Source: Octopus vulgaris
Lineage: Eukaryota
Length of the DNA stretch: 64,000 bases
Direction: 5' to 3'
Assembly: GCA_951406725.2 (NCBI GenBank)
Contig: OX597815.1
Coordinates: forward strand, 95,232,001-95,296,000
In this document: positions 38,140 through 51,836 of the stretch, one piece after another
Position numbering within the stretch: position 1 is the stretch's first letter
How the letters are laid out: each line of letters opens with the position of its first letter
Program-made: the position numbers and the translations under genes
The notes under the pieces: model-generated
What the model was told of the DNA's origin: nothing
Databases searched by the model: none
The model's input: the letters and a program-made list of their open reading frames with translations, nothing else

Positions 38140-40953
38140 TATAATGCAATGTTAATTAACAATAAAATTAATTTTATAAACATAACCTTTCATGTCACCT
38201 GAAAAGTTACATTTCACTTCATTTTTGCACTTTTGTGTGCTGTTGATTTCCATCTCTCAGGTTGGAAATTGGATTCAGAGTGGTATTAGCAGAAAATGCC
38301 AACGCGTTCGCAACTTAGTATATTATCGATAGCTCCCTAGTTGATATATAATTTTGAATACCTATTATTTATGTATTTTTCAGAATTACTTGTATGTCAT
38401 GTTTTTTGTGACGTTAATATAGTCATTCATGATACTGATGGATTGATTAAAATTTTAATGAATTTTAAAGAAACGGAGACTAATAAAAACAAGCCTCTTT
38501 AAGATCAAATTACCTGAATTCGCTATTATTCTGAAAAATGTCATTTAACTCAATTCATAATAATTTGTGTTTGCAACAATATATAACAATATGTAATGTA
38601 TTTTATTACATCTGAGATTATTTTAACAACAATAGGTTTGTTAATAATTCTCTAACGTCAATTTTGTGAAATTGAATGATGCAGTGTTTGGCTATTGCTT
38701 TATGGTCATTTCAAGAAAATATAAGTGTATTTTAGATATCACTGACTCATTTCTCTTAAATATGAGAAACTTTCAATGTTAAACAATATATGGCACCTAA
38801 TACCTTCTAATTTCATGTAGTTGTCTCATAATAATCGGTAGTAATATTGGTAGTAATAATGGGTAGAAAATTTATTCTTTTTATTCTCATTTTACAATTT
38901 GAAGTTATATCTGAACAAAAATTGGCCTAAAGGTTTTCATGTTACTTAATTTCCACTTCTAACTATAACCGACACCAATAATTAATATTACAAGCAGCAT
39001 GTTTATTTAAGTAACAAATAATTCATCTTCCACATGTTTGCGTTAGGTGCGTATAATACAATTATTTTCAGCATGTTTATCATAAAATTGTGTCCTCTGT
39101 TACAGAATCTAAATATCACATCTCATTCTTTTTGTCAATCCTATCCTTCGAAATTGTCATGTAGTTACTTCACTGGTTCCCTGAATCCAGAAATTTTCTC
39201 CATTTTTATAAGGGTTGAGAAGAAGCGGAGCATAGTATATTCAAATCTCTAGTAAGTAAGTAGATCACATTTTCCAAATAACAAAAAAAAAAATCACAAT
39301 ACAAAAATCTTGACAGTAAGTAAATATTAATATTAATTACTTGTAACCATTTTGTAGTAATTTTAAGTATTAATACTTTTTTAGTAAATTCGACAAACAA
39401 TATATGTTCCATGTATGATTTAATTAAAAACTTTACTTTTTATAAATTTTTAATCCTTATCTGTATCCCTGAATTAATTGAAAATTTTCTGATCTACTTA
39501 ACCTTCTTATGATGAAGTTTATCTTTAAACTAATTTGATCTAGTTAATTAAATCGAATGTTTAAATTAACTCGCCTGTTTACCTAATTGTATTTTATTGT
39601 TTAATTGAGTTTAATTCATTTTATATCTCTTTCCTTTCATCTCCCATTGCATATTGTATTAATATTCTAATTCTTCTGAGAATAACTTTTTTATAAGAAT
39701 AAATTTTTATCCGACGTAATCTTTTATCAGACTGAGGATTATATTTTCGCGCTGTTTTATTTAATCGCTAAACACTGAGATTCAATTTTATCTGCAGCAA
39801 CTGTGATCTCTCTTATTTCCACCTGTTAATACCACTTGAGTATAATCATAAATACTGCTTTTAAATAACGCTGCCCGGTTATTATTAAAAATAGAAAAAA
39901 TATTCCTCTTAATTATTTTCTTCGCATGCCATATATGCGTTGCTGGTTACGTGCATACCATTTTCGTTTTATTTCTATAATACACCAACCTAATTTATCT
40001 TTACATGTTTTACCCTCCTATGCTAATATAGTTTAAAATTTTAATTTGCACTATATCTAGTCTTCCTTTCAGTTACAAAGTTTGAATTAGCTTTTCTAAC
40101 TAAGCATTCTGTAAAGAAGCAAAAACGTGATTATATATTTATATTCTTTCGATTAGATATTTGCTTGTTACTTCATTTGATAATTTCTGAAGTTACTTTA
40201 TCACTGGATTCTCCTTTTTTCTTAACTGCTTAATTTCCGAACAGCAACATTATTTTAAAGAATCTATTAAAATGCATCGTTTAAATATACAAACAAGTAG
40301 GCAACTTTTGATGTTTTTCACGCGGGAAATGTTGCAAATAGCCGCGCTCTTCATTACTCTATAACTGATAACCCTTATAAACAGGAATTCTTTGAACTAA
40401 ATCTTCTTTGAATTATAATGATGTTAACAAATGTGTTGGCTCCCGAAGTTTTGTATTGCTGCATTAATACTAGTTTTTAAATTGTTATACGCAAATCACT
40501 TAATTCTTTTTTCTAAAGCTCATTCGTCGCACAATAATCTCTAAGCTTCTCAATGTTACATCTGTTTCTCTCTCTCTAGCCCCTCTTTCCATTTCTCCCA
40601 CTTTCAAAACCTTCTACTTTCAACTTCTCTACTATTTAAAGTAAGCTATTGCTCATAACAAAATAGGGCACACATCATACCACCCATACACGGACGCCAC
40701 ATACACGACCGGCGTTCACGTATACGTTACGTAATAGCGTTTAAGTTTAAAATACATATTCGTATGGCCCCTTTTAATGAAATAGGTTACCTCGAAACCA
40801 CCTCGAACTATCCACCTATCCCGAAAAAGTGTCATACTTGTTTCCCATAGTTAGAGATTGTATTATTTGGCCATTCTTCGTATCCGTCTAGTTAATCAAG
40901 AAACTCAAATATGTTGCATGTTACATCTCGTCACAAGGCACTGAATGTTATAT

Positions 40954-41112
40954 GTAGGAGTGGTTGTGTAGTAAGTAGCTTGCTTACGAACCACATGATT
41001 CCGGGTTCAATCCCACTGGGTAGCCCCTTGGGCAAGTGTCTTCTACTATAGCCTCGGGCCGACCAAAGCCTTGTGAATGGATTTGGTAGACGCAAAGTGA
41101 AAGTGGCACGTC

Positions 41113-41172
<60 letters not shown>

Positions 41173-41224
41173 TACATATTATATATACATATTATATATA
41201 TATAAACATATATATTATATATGA

Positions 41225-41278
<54 letters not shown>

Positions 41279-41482
41279 TTGTGTGTCTGTGTTTGTCTCT
41301 CAAACATCGCTTGACAACCGATGGTGGTGTGTGTACGTCTCTGTAACTTAGCGTTTCGGCAAAAGAGACCGATAGAAAAAGTACTAGGCTTACAAAGAAT
41401 ACGTCCTGGAGCAGATTTGCTCGACTAAAGGCCGTGCTCCGGCATGGCCACAGTGAAATGACTGAAACAAGTAAAAGAAAAC
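40954..41482 (+). mobile_element. Full-length SINE family B with an internal (TA)n(TG)n expansion
   Basis: tRNA-like head (TGGTTGTGTAGTAAG, GGTTCAATCCC), body and tail matching 57719-58168. Confidence 0.92.
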
Positions 41483-41484
41483 GA

Positions 41485-41556
<72 letters not shown>

Positions 41557-41674
41557 TATATATGTGTATGCGTGTGTCTGTGTGTTTGTGTGTGTGTTGT
41601 GTGGAGAAATTTTCTTTTTCAGTAACGAAAGTGTTAGTATATATCAGATGTTTCTGCTTTTTATTTTTATTAAG

Positions 41675-41712
<38 letters not shown>

Positions 41713-42348
41713 GTGTGTGTGTGTGTATGTGTGTGTGTGTACAGACTCAAAGAAAGAATGAAAGAATAACACAGAAGTTCATTTCCAAAAGTGTGTCTCT
41801 TATGTAATACAAGATGCAAATATAAAATATAATCTTAACATTAAAGAAAATAAAATAATATATATATTTATTTGAGATATTGCATAATTAATAATATAAA
41901 TACTATTAGAATTACTTGGCTTTCTAGAAATCAAAAATAACATACTTTTTTTGTTTTGTTTTAGTAACACTAATTCTTTTCACTTGTATTTTCTTCTTTA
42001 ATCAGAATTAAGAAAAAAATTAATTTCTCTAACACATGTGTAAAAACGTTTTCTTTTTCTTTTTTTAAATGCTTCTTTGCTTTTTGAAACTAATATTTGT
42101 GTTATTTTTCTTCTAGCGTAATTTAATTTTATTTAATTCCTAATATCATCATAATTTCTTATACTGATCTAGCTGAAAATGTATGATTTTGCCATGTTTA
42201 TAATATTGATTTTGTTCCTAATATAGACAGCTTTATGGAGCGATGCACTGCGGGATATGATATTTCTTTACACTATAATTTGTTATAAATATTTACAGTA
42301 GTGCTGTTTTCGTTCTTAATCCCTGCTTTTAAGTTGAACGAACACGCA

Positions 42349-45089
42349 CCTGTATATATAAAAGGCAGGATGTGTGAGTGTGGGGGTGTACGTGAATGTA
42401 AATTATGCACGTCCACAAATTAGCACGCATGTCGCTCCAATTTTAGGAGGACATACGTCACGATCCTAGCTGTATTTTCGTACTATTATTTTTCCAGTGG
42501 TACCTGCGGGTAGCAGTAACAATCGATTTTCAACTTTAACTTTTACCAATTTTGAAGTTTGTTAACATGAGTTAAGTCCTTTCTTGCCGTAGCGAAGTGA
42601 AAATGTGTGTGAGGGAGAGAGAGAGAGAAGTTGTGTTGATGTATGTGTGTGTGTGTTTGAGGGAGATATAGGGTAAGTGACAGCGTTCACCAAAAATAAA
42701 AATGTAAAATGTTCTTTTCTTAAACACGAGATATAGTATTGAAATTTAGGATGTTTTGAAAGGCACTATATTTTATAATCAGAGTATATATACTTTCTCA
42801 CACAACAATTAAAATATATTTATTCTAAATCATTTATTTATTCTAAATAGTTCAGCTTTCTCTCCCCTCTTTTACACACACACATTACTTTGGGCGTGAA
42901 AGAGTTTTGTTTTTATTTTACACAGAGTAAAAAAGTGTTTTGTTGAGAATCCATGTATTTACCAATATAGAAAGTAAGTGGTCGGTAACAGTTTTTCAGT
43001 GAATTACATAATATAAATGGTTAAAATTTCCTAGGCTCCACCACACCCCACACATTTTCTGGGACCACAAAAAGGGTTTTGTAGCATATTAGGAGGCCAG
43101 GGTAGTTGATTCCAAGCAAAAAATCCGATTCTTGTTTCTTAGGGAAAATCGTGCGAGGGTTATCTGAAAATTTGCCTGGAGATTTGCATGATAAATTTGA
43201 CATTAAGAACAAAAGTTTTCCATATTCTTAATCGTTGTATTTTCCCGCTTATATTGAAAAATAGATGGCGAAATGATCAATGGGTATAGGGGTGAAACTA
43301 TCGAGGCTTCCACCACACCCAACCCCGTTTTTTGGACCACAAAATGGATTTTGTAGTATATTAGGAGGCCATGGTAGTTGATTCCACGCAAAAAATCTGA
43401 TATTTTTCTTAGTAAATATCGTGCAAGTGTTAATCTAAAACTTTAATCTCTAAACCTTTTTCCATTCATTTCTGTTTATGAAATTCTCTGTACGTAATTG
43501 TGTCTTCTCGGTGGTCAAGGCAAATGATGACTGACAAAGCAACAATGTCCTCATCCTGACATTGGATACAATGAACTGATCTACAATAATGCGCTGATTG
43601 AAATCGATGAGGCCCTGCTCAAAATGGGTGGGGCGGCATTGAACACATTCGGTTTGCCATCCTCATTGCGACAGGACGTTAACACACTCCCACCAAATTT
43701 ACTTCTGGATTTGTCGCATAACGCTGATGGCCTTGCGGAGTACCTGAGAGTAAATGAACCGAAATTGTTCCATGATCAGAGGCTGGTGTACGAAACTGTC
43801 GTTAATGCCGTTGAAAAACCGGCGGGCGGTATTTTTTACTCGATGATGTTAGAGGTACCGGTAAATACTTTGTAACACAATACTCGCTAAGATTAATCAC
43901 AGGAAACAAATTACGCTAGCCGTTGCTTCCTCGGGCATCGCTGCTACGTTATTGCCGGGAGGTAGGACGGCGCACTCAGCATTCAAGCTGCCTTTACATT
44001 TGGTGAGGGCCGAGATTCCTACTTGCGACATTGGCAAATATTCAAAGGAAGCTGTAGGTCTGAGACAGTGCCGTCTCATTGTATGGGACGAATGGACAAT
44101 GAGCAATAAGGGTGCCATTGAGGCACTGGTACCGGTCACTGAAAGTTATCAGGGATTCTACAGCTTCTATGGGTGGTGTAACTATATTGGTTTCAGGAGA
44201 TTCCCGACAAACCCTACCTGTCATCCCTAAAGGGAACCGGGCTGATGAAGTACGCGCATGCCTTAAGTCACCCACTTTGTGGCTCTAGGTCAAGACCTTA
44301 AGCCTAAGCATAAACATGCGTACGCACTTGCTTGGTGATAGCACGTCTGCAGCATTTGCTGAAAACATTTTAGCCCTTGGAGACGGTAAGGTCTTTGGGA
44401 ATGATAGGGGTGATATATCCAGCTCTGATCTATGCAACAGCGTAGACAACCCTTCCGATCTTTTGGAAACAGTGTTCCCCAGTGTGGAATGTGAGTATGC
44501 AGACATCAGTTGGCTCGGTGCAAGAACCATCCTGGCCCCACAAAACGTAACTGTCAGTGCTATCAACAACCAGTTCATAAGCTGAAATCCGGATCTCTGA
44601 TCCCCAAAACATTGTCAATTACTCTATCGAGTTTCTCAACTCATTGGAACCAGCAGGGCTTCCACCTCACATTCTTAGGCTAAGGGTTGGATGCCCAATT
44701 ATGCTAATCAGAAAGTTGCTTCCGCCTAAACAGAGCAACGGAACACGCTTATTAATGAAGTCCCTGACGCCCCACTTGATTGAGATTACCATTGTTACAG
44801 GGTGCGGGAGGGGTGAAACTGTTTTCATTTCAAGGATGTAGCTTTATCCCTCGGGGTCAGACATGCCGTTTAGCTTCCACATATCGCATTTCCCGGTGAG
44901 ACCAATCGGCGAGTGGAAATAATCGATAATATTATTCCTTATTGGATTTCCCAATCAAATTGCCTTTACTAATTTCTACGGATTTCGCTCAAATTTGATG
45001 TCGGTGTCATTTAATTTGGCTTGAAATAAAGCGCTTGGTCACTTAATAATCCTAACATAATCCCGGGCAACGCCGGGCTATACTGCTAG
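42349..45089 (+). mobile_element. Internally deleted Helitron
   Basis: 5' A|CCTGTATATATAAAAGGCAGGATGTGTG (TC-type end, first base mutated); 3' hairpin CCCGGGCAACGCCGGG (45062-45077), then CTAG|T; PIF1 helicase inside. Confidence 0.88.
43540..44910 (+). pseudogene. Helitron PIF1-family helicase pseudogene; no Rep/HUH domain seen
   Basis: IYNNALIEI..FGLP, Walker A LDDVRGTGKYF, AVASSGIAATLLPGGRTAHSAFKLPL, IVWDEWTM, GDSRQTLPVIP, NMR, GLPPHILRLRVGCPIMLIR, NGTRL; frameshifts and stops. Confidence 0.95.
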
Positions 45090-45980
45090 TATATGCTAAA
45101 GTTGTTTGAGGCCAAATTTCTGATTTTTTTTCTTCATTCGAGACTGCTTAGAGTACATGTCAAATTATATGAACGATTTTTAATCGGCTCCATTGTATTT
45201 TTAATGGAGACTGTTACATGTAACAGTCTTTGAAGACAAAAGAAGCTGTTCAATTCACATTTAATTATTTCTTGGCGGTCCCAAAATTTCCTCGTAGAAA
45301 TATCACTTATAAGCTTCAATCTTTAATTTCCCTGTTGTTGAACTTAGAGATACATATACAAGCTTTTCAGAACAAATTTAATTTCATAGCTTACTATGGT
45401 CACAGCCATTTGATTGTTTTAAGGCAAAAGTTATTAAAATGGGTTTGATTTATTATATTGATTGCAGTATTTTATTCGTAATCTCTTTTATAAACATCCA
45501 GTGGACCACATGTAGCTCAATATGGAGGAGCTCGAATGTGTGTCAAACTTCGCTGGCAAGAGTATGAAAAGAAAAGTTTTATAAAAAGTGCATGAATATA
45601 TTGTGTTGAATTATGCTCCAGAGTTAATATTTAAGGATGTAGTCTGGTGTCTGCATATAGACGTTTTGATATACAGTTTTCAGTTTAATTTTTCAGTGGA
45701 ATGCAAACTTATTTGGTGAAGCAATTGCTAAAACGAATCCTCGAAATAATTTTTGTTCTTGAGACGATCTCTTTTTGTTTACGATGTAAATGTCAAATCC
45801 CATCATAATTAAGAACGCATTGCAGAATCACGTCTAGAAAGAATAAAGAGTGGTATGTATAGCGATGTCGGACCCATGATAATATATGTAAAAATAACGC
45901 AGTTTCCTACAATGTGTCACGAATATCATAGAAAGCGGAATGTTTTGTTGATTGGTATGTGTATCAGATAATTCAATATT

Positions 45981-46095
45981 ATATGAGAAATCTTACTTAG
46001 AAGCAGTACATATATATGAGAAATCTTACTTAGAAACACATGTATGAGAAGTTTTACATAGAAACACATATATGAGAAACCTTACTTCGAAGCAC
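45981..46095. repeat. Minisatellite, about four units of atatgagaaatcttacttagaa(a/g)cac
   Basis: Read directly from the sequence; units of about 29-34 bp without unique spacers. Confidence 0.85.
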
Positions 46096-46697
46096 TACGC
46101 CTAGCGTTTATATTGTAAAATTCCTTTTCATAAAATTGATATATTTTATGTTAAGAACGAATACTCAGCCTAATAAAGACGATGGCTGACACAATCTCTA
46201 ATCGTTGCTGTAAATAAATGATATGCTAAAAACTGCACTATTGGAAATCGCTTGATATAAATTATGTGCTAAATGTGAAACAAACGTCAAAGATTTCGGG
46301 ATAAATGCTTTGCCATAATTTAATTCTTTAATATAGTGAATTCAAATTTAGCCATTGTTTCGTTTGTCTTCATTTAATTTGATCGAGAAATATCCGCTCT
46401 GTTGCACATTTGGCTTAGAACTGGGAAGCAGACAATATTGCAACTACTGCTATGTCTTCAAAAAATGAAAAGAACGCACACATTTCAAAATGTCACTATC
46501 TTTGCAGTACAGAAGATTAATTCATTCAGAATTTAATAACTCGGAAAAATCTCACTCCGTAGTACGTTAGACTAATACTGAATGTTAAGTCTACATGTTG
46601 CATAACAAATACAATTTTCTTTATAAATCATTCTCACACATTAATAGCGTATATGACAGAAGTGAAATCTATACATTAGAAGCAGAAGTCGTATTTT

Positions 46698-46752
<55 letters not shown>

Positions 46753-47119
46753 ATGTGGGCGTGCGTGTGTGTATGTGTGTGTATGTGTTTGTATGTGTGT
46801 GTGTTGGTATGTCTGTGTATGTAAATGGCGTTCTTGCTAAATTTGACAATTTTTAATGTCTCCTTTTCTCAGGAACCGCTTGATGTATTGGTGAACAGTT
46901 ATTTTCGTTGGAGCGCATAAAGATTAAAGTTGAAGCTGAAAGTTAGCTAGCTGACGACATCTGAATATTGGAAAACATTTACTTGCATTATGATGATACA
47001 TACGGTGTATGATAATACCGGCATCCTATCTGCTGTTAAATGTTATGTGAACACTGTAAAGGATGTCTAGCTATAATTTTTGATTTTTAAAAAATACTTT
47101 TATAATGGCATAAGATATG

Positions 47120-47340
47120 TTTTCCTCGTTGTCAATGGCACCTCATACTTTTCATCTATGACCTCTCAGATGACTGTAGAGTCCTGTTGCAGATCTGCAA
47201 ACGTTGAAACATACATGACAGTTGTAACTTTCACTGGATTGATCAAATCACTTTGAGAGATGTGATCTCTGTGAACCGACAGACGTCCCTTATTTCGCCT
47301 CTACACGTGTTTCAAGAGGTGCGTTTAACATTCCCGAGAT
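47120..47340 (-). pseudogene. 3' end of an RTE-clade LINE with a terminal C2H2 finger
   Basis: Minus frame YNCHVCFNVCRSATGLYSHLRGHR*, the typical CxxC..CRSxxGLxSHxRxH* end of RTE ORFs. Confidence 0.7.
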
Positions 47341-48619
47341 TATCACGCTCAAATTTTTTACGTTAATATTACGCTCTAATTTTTACTTTTTCAATTAAGA
47401 TTATTATATTTTGTCATTTAAAACTATTTTTTCCTTAAATTACGTTATATATTTTTTAATACTTTTTGCATTTTGTCATTCATTCGCATTTGTTTACAAT
47501 TTTTATCTATCTTTTTCTTTCGAATATATATTTCTTTGTCTATGTTTATTTTATCATCATTATATTATATATTATTTTCATTATTATATTATAGTTTTCT
47601 TCATTCCTACATATTTTTAATTCATATGTATGTTCTCATGCACAAGTCACGATTGATTTTAGCTTTAAAATTTTAATTAATTAAATTATGGCTTGCATGA
47701 CAAGTTTCGGCGAATTTATTTGCACACCCGCATGTATGTTAATTACATTCGTAACTGACAAAATATGAAAATATATAGAAATAGTTATAGAGTTATAAAT
47801 AAGTTATGGAGAGTCCTGATGATTGGGGTTGCAGTTAAGACATGTTTCTCAGAAAGACTGTGGGTCTCGGGAACGTTAAACACACCCAAGGAAACAGATG
47901 TAGAAGCGAAATTTGAAAATGAAATAGTAAGTATTGAAATAAATTCTATGATATGATGTGATGTATATTAGGATTTGATGAATTGCATGGGGACTTCTAT
48001 CTCTAAATGGCATATATACAAACATATATATGGGTGTGTGGATATGTATATATGTGTGTCTATGTATTCATTGATATTCATATTTTTATGCATATATGCA
48101 TTATATTTCATTTTCTTACCTGTTTATTGCTGCGACAATGTAAACTGCATTGAGATAACTAAGCCTGAAGACAAAGTACGCTGAGCGGGGTCTGGTTGCT
48201 AAACGATTACATAATGAGCGTCAGCGAGTTATGAAAATATTGAAGATAATTTTCTACATGTTCCTCTCATATCTTTCCGATACATATATACATACATGTA
48301 TACATATATATACACACACACGCACACAATCACACGCGCGCGCAAAAACACACACTCACACTTATCCGAGGCTGTATGATTGTCTATAGAAGAATATATC
48401 AATCAATGATAATTCCAACTTAGTCTGATTTTCACGTTATTTTCACGCGTTACGCAATCATCAGATTTATGTAATTACAGTCATGTTTCAGAATTGACAA
48501 CTGTCAATTGAAAGTTCGGAGTGTGATGCATTGAAGTTAATCTTGGCTTTATATAGACTCTGTTGACTTAAAATCGTCCATGACTACGTGTGTTTAAATG
48601 GAGTGGTACTTGGATTTTA

Positions 48620-49120
48620 GAGCGGTTTGTTATGTGGAGAAATTGTTATTGATTAGACTTAGGGCTTATATTATTGTTTAGAATTTATTAATATATGTAG
48701 AACTTTGTAAGGGTGTCCCATTTCTTCGGTAGGTGCAGGATGTTTAGGTACTTTTAGCTAATTTTTGTATTGTTGGATTTAATCTTTGCTTTGAAAATGT
48801 AAATGTCAAAGGTACAAAGCCAAGTTTTTAAAACCTTAGTAACTGTGTGTGCCAACTTGTTTGTGATGAAATTTGTTAGTGGTTCAAAAAGCAAGAATGT
48901 AGTATGTTTTAGCCGGTTATTTTCTTTAGTCGTCGTTATTTAGAGGGTATTTCTTGTTTTTATTAGAAAGCTGGATTTTATCAGCCAGGCATATCATTGT
49001 GTTGCTACTATAGAAAATTTGTTCGCTTGTGGTTTGATACTCACAAAAGGATTTGGGCGGATGTAAATAATGTTGGTCTCCTTGTTTCTCTGTAAGTGTT
49101 TGTTGTTCTATAGGCAATTT
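48620..49120 (-). pseudogene. Highly decayed Penelope-like RT C-terminal remnant
   Basis: TEKQGDQHYLHPPKS..IFYS..KYP resembles YxKxTDxxQYLHxxS..IPYS..RxYP. Confidence 0.35.
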
Positions 49121-49889
49121 GATTAGTTAAAAACATTTAAAGAAAATATATATTTGTATACGAGGAAGTCGGAAGACTGTTTCCATGTTTATTCTTTTTC
49201 TTTTTTAAATTTCAAATTATTAAATTTTCAGGCCAAAAATGATATATTGTAAAATACACACTTCTGAAACAGAATTTAGGAAATATTTATCAATATACAA
49301 CCCTCAAACTCTGCCTCCATAAAACTCAAGTGTTAAATTTTCTGTATACTTCTTAATTAATCAACAGCTCACTAACAAGTGACATTTCTAATCAGAATAT
49401 CAGCATTTACGAAATTTAAGGTATGTTCAGTGGCTGTCAATCAAGAGGATTAGATAAGAGAATGTGATCGTAAAGACAGTTGGATGTATTAAGATTTCTT
49501 ATAAGTCATTAAACTTAGCAGCCTCACCCACTATTGCGAAAAGAGGCGTAGCATATCTAAATATAGCAGATAGTGGACGCCAAGCAAATATTTAACCCTA
49601 TCGAGACAAGTTCAAAGGCAGTCACTGGCAAATCTCTGAAATAAAATTTGTGTAGTCATGGAAATGGAACAAAATGGAATAGGGAGAAAAAGGAAAATAA
49701 ATAGAACAAAATATGATAAATGGAATTAAGGGTAAACAAGGAAATAAAACAATACGAGATAAAAAAGAAAAATGTTGGAAAAAGTAAAGAGAGAAAAAAT
49801 ATTGGGGGTAAATTGGTTTAGACTAGAAGACTGATCAGCAGGGTTAAATGCATAAATAGAGGTGCGCCATAAACTATTGGAATTTTTAT

Positions 49890-50185
49890 ATGTAATACTC
49901 CATTCGTGAGAAAGACTGGCCTAAAGATCACGAATGCGTGGTTGCAATTCTTAGACCATGTGGTGCGTTGTGTTCTTGTGCGAAAGACTTCATCTCTTGC
50001 TCTGCGATCACTTCGACATCTGGCGCGTGTACGCCGTGCACCTGTTCAGACGATATCGATTTGATGGTGGAAGTGAACTAATGTATAGCACATACAGTTA
50101 ATCACTATAAACAAATCATTTGTGCAGGTCGTTCGGAAAAAGCTCAACGCCCATACATCATCTTCGACTGGAAAATGCATCAATG
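49890..50185 (+). mobile_element. Degenerate tRNA-derived SINE related to family C
   Basis: gcgtggttgcaattcttagacc..gcgttgtgttcttgtgcgaaagac resembles 12800-12860. Confidence 0.5.
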
Positions 50186-50849
50186 CTCCTTGTTAATTTA
50201 AAGGTATAAATTTTTAAAAAAATTATAAGTTTATACATTTATGAAAATATGGATGTCGGATAAAGAAAATGTAGACACCATCCGTTGAATATTTGCAAAG
50301 AATCTATCAGTTGAAATGTTAGGAAGGAAAACAGTACTGATTACTTGATAAATATACCGAAAGACGTTACCCTGATGTTTACATCGAACAAAATTCTTAC
50401 AATATTATTTTGAATAATATAAATCAATTAAGATAATACAGGTCGAATGGAGAAGCCAATAATATGTGAGGTCTACTTACGTTTCTTTTGGTTTTATGTT
50501 TTCTAAATATGTGTAGATATTTCAAATTTTCACTACAAGAAGGAGAGATAAGACCACATTTAAAAAAGTAGTTGCAACAGCGTTGAATTTAGGGAGTAGA
50601 AAGAATGCCATACGTACATATATGTGTGTGTGTGTATAATTGCACATCAACATGTATGGAGGCGATCTATGAGGCTACTAGGAATGCATAAGGTTGGCCC
50701 ACGCATGTGGTTAGGTACCCTACCCTTGGTTATGGAGCAGCCTGTGTTGATGCGCCACTGATGTTAAAGCTCAGCCTGTACTGAGGCACAGCCAAACCTA
50801 AGGTGGTACATCTGGGTTATCGGCGGCCAGTTGCTTCACCTTCACTAGT

Positions 50850-51836
50850 AAGACGTACCTTTTTTTAGGAGCAATATGATACTTCGTGTTACCTGTTGAT
50901 AAATACTTCACGTTGGTGGAGAATATATGCAGTTTTATTTTACAGAGACAGAGCTGTCTACTGTGAGTAACGGGTGAGTAAGGTGGAATCCCGTCGATGA
51001 AGGTTCATTTATGTTGGGTGTAGCGTTCTGGAAGTCGTGAGGTCTTCAGGCAAGACAAGAAGAAGAGGTGGTAATCTTTCTATACTGCATATTCTGTATG
51101 TGCACCTTCCATTGTAGTCATCCTGTCCGTGTAGTATTTTGTGATACCCTTGGATGATGTAAGGCAGGCTCTGAAGATCACAGACTTTGCGAGGAAAGAT
51201 TTTCCTACAGGTCAGCTGGTTGGGTTTCGGAGGTTACACGTTAGGGTAGGACGTTGTGTGGGTGCATGTTTGCGTCTGTTGTAGCGTGCAATATTAGAAG
51301 CAATGTTGTCTAAGCAGAGGTGTCTCAGCTTTACGTCATGTGGATGGAAAACTTTATTTATAGCACTTGTAGTCCCTGGGGAAATGCTTCTTAATCAATG
51401 CCAGGTAACCCCTCGCTACGTTGCTGGGAAGTTCTAGTTTAAATGGAGAGTTCAACTAGATTAGTTTTCCCTTTCTGGTCCTCCAGGCGTGCGGGTGTGG
51501 AGGTAGGGATCCTCAATATATGCTAGTTTTTCGGAAAATCTTCTTTTCGCTAATGCATCATTGTGGCTCTCTTTAAGATATCTCTATTAATTGAAGGCTT
51601 AGAGATTCTTCTGCTAACGTGTGAAACTGCGTCTTTTCTAGCATTCATAATGTTTCTGACAGAATCTGATATGAAAGGATACAGTTACATGCTGTCCAAC
51701 TGTGCGAATCTTCCGGCTAATTTATTCTCGATACCGCGAATCCATCCGATCACAACTACGTTGGGATCCTATTGGATCAACCTGGTGGCGCTTCAAATAT
51801 CTGAGTTGTTAGTGTCAAGAATATCCTTGCTGACAA
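50850..51836 (-). pseudogene. Penelope-like element remnant (RT, linker, GIY-YIG), internally deleted
   Basis: SKDILD..VIGWIRGIENK..FAQLDSM*LYPFIS; LNSPF..NVARGYLALIKKHFP; CNLRNPTS*PVGKSFLAKSVIFRA..YY; PYSPVTHSRQLCL. Confidence 0.8.

Noticed and set aside
38260-38340. Acceptor-like site followed by a short open frame
   Set aside because: The frames I translated stop within about 25 codons and there is no recognisable product or partner exon.
45981-46095. CRISPR-like repeat array
   Set aside because: The units are adjacent with no unique spacers, there are no cas genes, and the context is eukaryotic.
50815-50860. Decayed hammerhead at the 3' end of the Penelope remnant (minus strand ctagtgaaggtgaagc)
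   Set aside because: Several core mismatches and no convincing stems.
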